From: Hydrolagus affinis
Lineage: Eukaryota
Assembly (NCBI GenBank): GCA_012026655.1
Contig: JAAILG010001604.1
Span: 1-64,000, forward strand
Length of the DNA stretch: 64,000 bases
Reading direction: 5' to 3'
The notes under the pieces: generated by a model
Seen by the model: the letters and a program-made list of their open reading frames with translations, nothing else
Told to the model about the DNA's origin: nothing
The model's database searches: none
Shown: positions 1 through 64,000 of the stretch, piece after piece
Layout of the letters: each line of letters begins with the position of its first letter
Numbering within the stretch: the stretch's first letter is position 1
Translations under genes and position numbers: made by a program

Positions 1-249
1 CCCCTTGCATACCTGTATATTGTATTCGAGGACTATGAATACAATATGGCGGCTTTGTACCTTGGTCTGTGCATTGTGTATAGAGATGAGCATTCTGGGT
101 CTTGTAGTTCAGTGTGCGCGCATTCCGATTTTTTACCTCGATACATCGACTTTTCGATATATCGATATTTTTGAAATGCCTATATCGGCGTATCGACATG
201 AAAATTATATCGGGTTTTTAGCGATATATCGATATATCGCCGGTCCCTA
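1..249. mobile_element. End of a hAT-like non-autonomous DNA transposon (other end outside the window)
   Basis: Ends ...ATATCGATATATCGCCGGTCCCTA (TAGGG-type terminus) with repeated subterminal CGATA/TATCG motifs; CpG-rich. Confidence 0.65.
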
Positions 250-284
250 GTTGGCAGGTGAATGTTCAAATCCTGATTAAACTA

Positions 285-63096
<62,812 letters not shown>

Positions 63097-63172
63097 CTGC
63101 AAGCACACACCAGTGAAGAAGCAGCAACTTCAAGACATTTGTCACAGAAAGATGACAATCCAAAACACAGCA

Positions 63173-63470
63173 TAATAATCATAATAATCCTTGAATTTGA
63201 TATAGCGCTGAATCACGTCTTCAAGATGTCTTCAAGCGCTTCACAGAATATATTGTAAATTTAATTGACTATATTGGTGGGTGAAACGAGGTAGCCATTT
63301 GCACACAGCAGTGTCCCACAAACAGTCATGGATTTATTTATTAACCCCGGAAAATCAATCCTCCAAATGTAATTTTGTTGTTGAGTAACAAACGGATTCC
63401 TATTTACTGCTATATATACAGAGGAAACTTGCCAAAGTTTCGCCCTGCCCAGGAATCAAAGCCAGGTCCT
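63173..63470 (-). mobile_element. tRNA-derived Deu-type SINE, long subfamily
   Basis: Tail, core and central segment on the minus strand. Confidence 0.85.
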
Positions 63471-63484
63471 CCAATGTGACAATC

Positions 63485-63860
63485 TGTCCTGTAGTGTAGT
63501 GGTTAGCACATTCGCCTCACAAGCCAGAGGACCCAAGTTTGATTCCCGGACAGGGCAAGGCCTTAGGTAAGTTTTCTTTCTCCACATGTCTCTGTTTACC
63601 TAGCAGTAAGTAGGAACAGGGTTGTTTATGTTTGTTGTTGTTTGTTGTTAGTCGACTGGCAGATCACTTTTGAAGGGTGATAATCCCTAGAAAAAATAAC
63701 AATTTGGTCACTCAATCCACGATTGTTTGTGGGACGTTACTGTGTGCACTGATGCTGTGTTTCGCCCACCAAGTACACAGTCACTACACTTCACAATATA
63801 TTCTATGACTCGCTTGAGACATCACAATGATATAAGACATTAGAAACTGTGTAAAGGCAA
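63485..63860 (+). mobile_element. SINE, long subfamily, with a tRNA-Val(CAC)-like head (63485-63558)
   Basis: GTAGTGTAGTGGTTAGCACATTCGCCTCACAAGC resembles eukaryotic tRNA-Val and runs straight into the SINE body. Confidence 0.85.
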
Positions 63861-64000
63861 ATTTATTTACTGATTAGTAAAACGCAATTCAAATTTCTCC
63901 CATTTTTAAGAAATTAGAATTTCAAGAGTTTATTTTGTCAATATTCAAGGAAACATTTAGTTTTTTTTATTAATCAGCATGTACTTGCTTTAACATATTT

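Noticed and set aside
63485-63558. Functional tRNA-Val gene
   Set aside because: The T-arm is degenerate and the sequence continues into a SINE body without a Pol III terminator, so it is a SINE head.

Overview
Vertebrate genomic DNA, most likely from a cartilaginous fish (the SINE/L2/CR1/Penelope content suggests a chimaera such as elephant shark; this is inferred, not proven). The whole window is the interior of one minus-strand gene, POLA1 (DNA polymerase alpha catalytic subunit). I traced 24 GT-AG coding exons by hand (matching human exons ~5-28; 2810 nt, one unbroken frame of 936 codons plus 2 nt). They include the B-family motifs [17 protein letters not shown] and YGDTDS. The start and end of the gene lie outside the window. 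Introns are full of tRNA-derived Deu-type SINEs, L2 and CR1 LINE fragments, one Penelope fragment and several MITEs. A ~26-kb intron (4414-30379) holds repeat-poor, homeodomain-motif-rich blocks that are probably conserved ARX enhancers, since POLA1 is a known bystander gene of the ARX regulatory block. Nearly all ORF-track entries are spurious or transposon debris. I found no new protein-coding system. The most interesting signals are cis-regulatory and transposon-related, and exon numbers and human comparisons are from memory.
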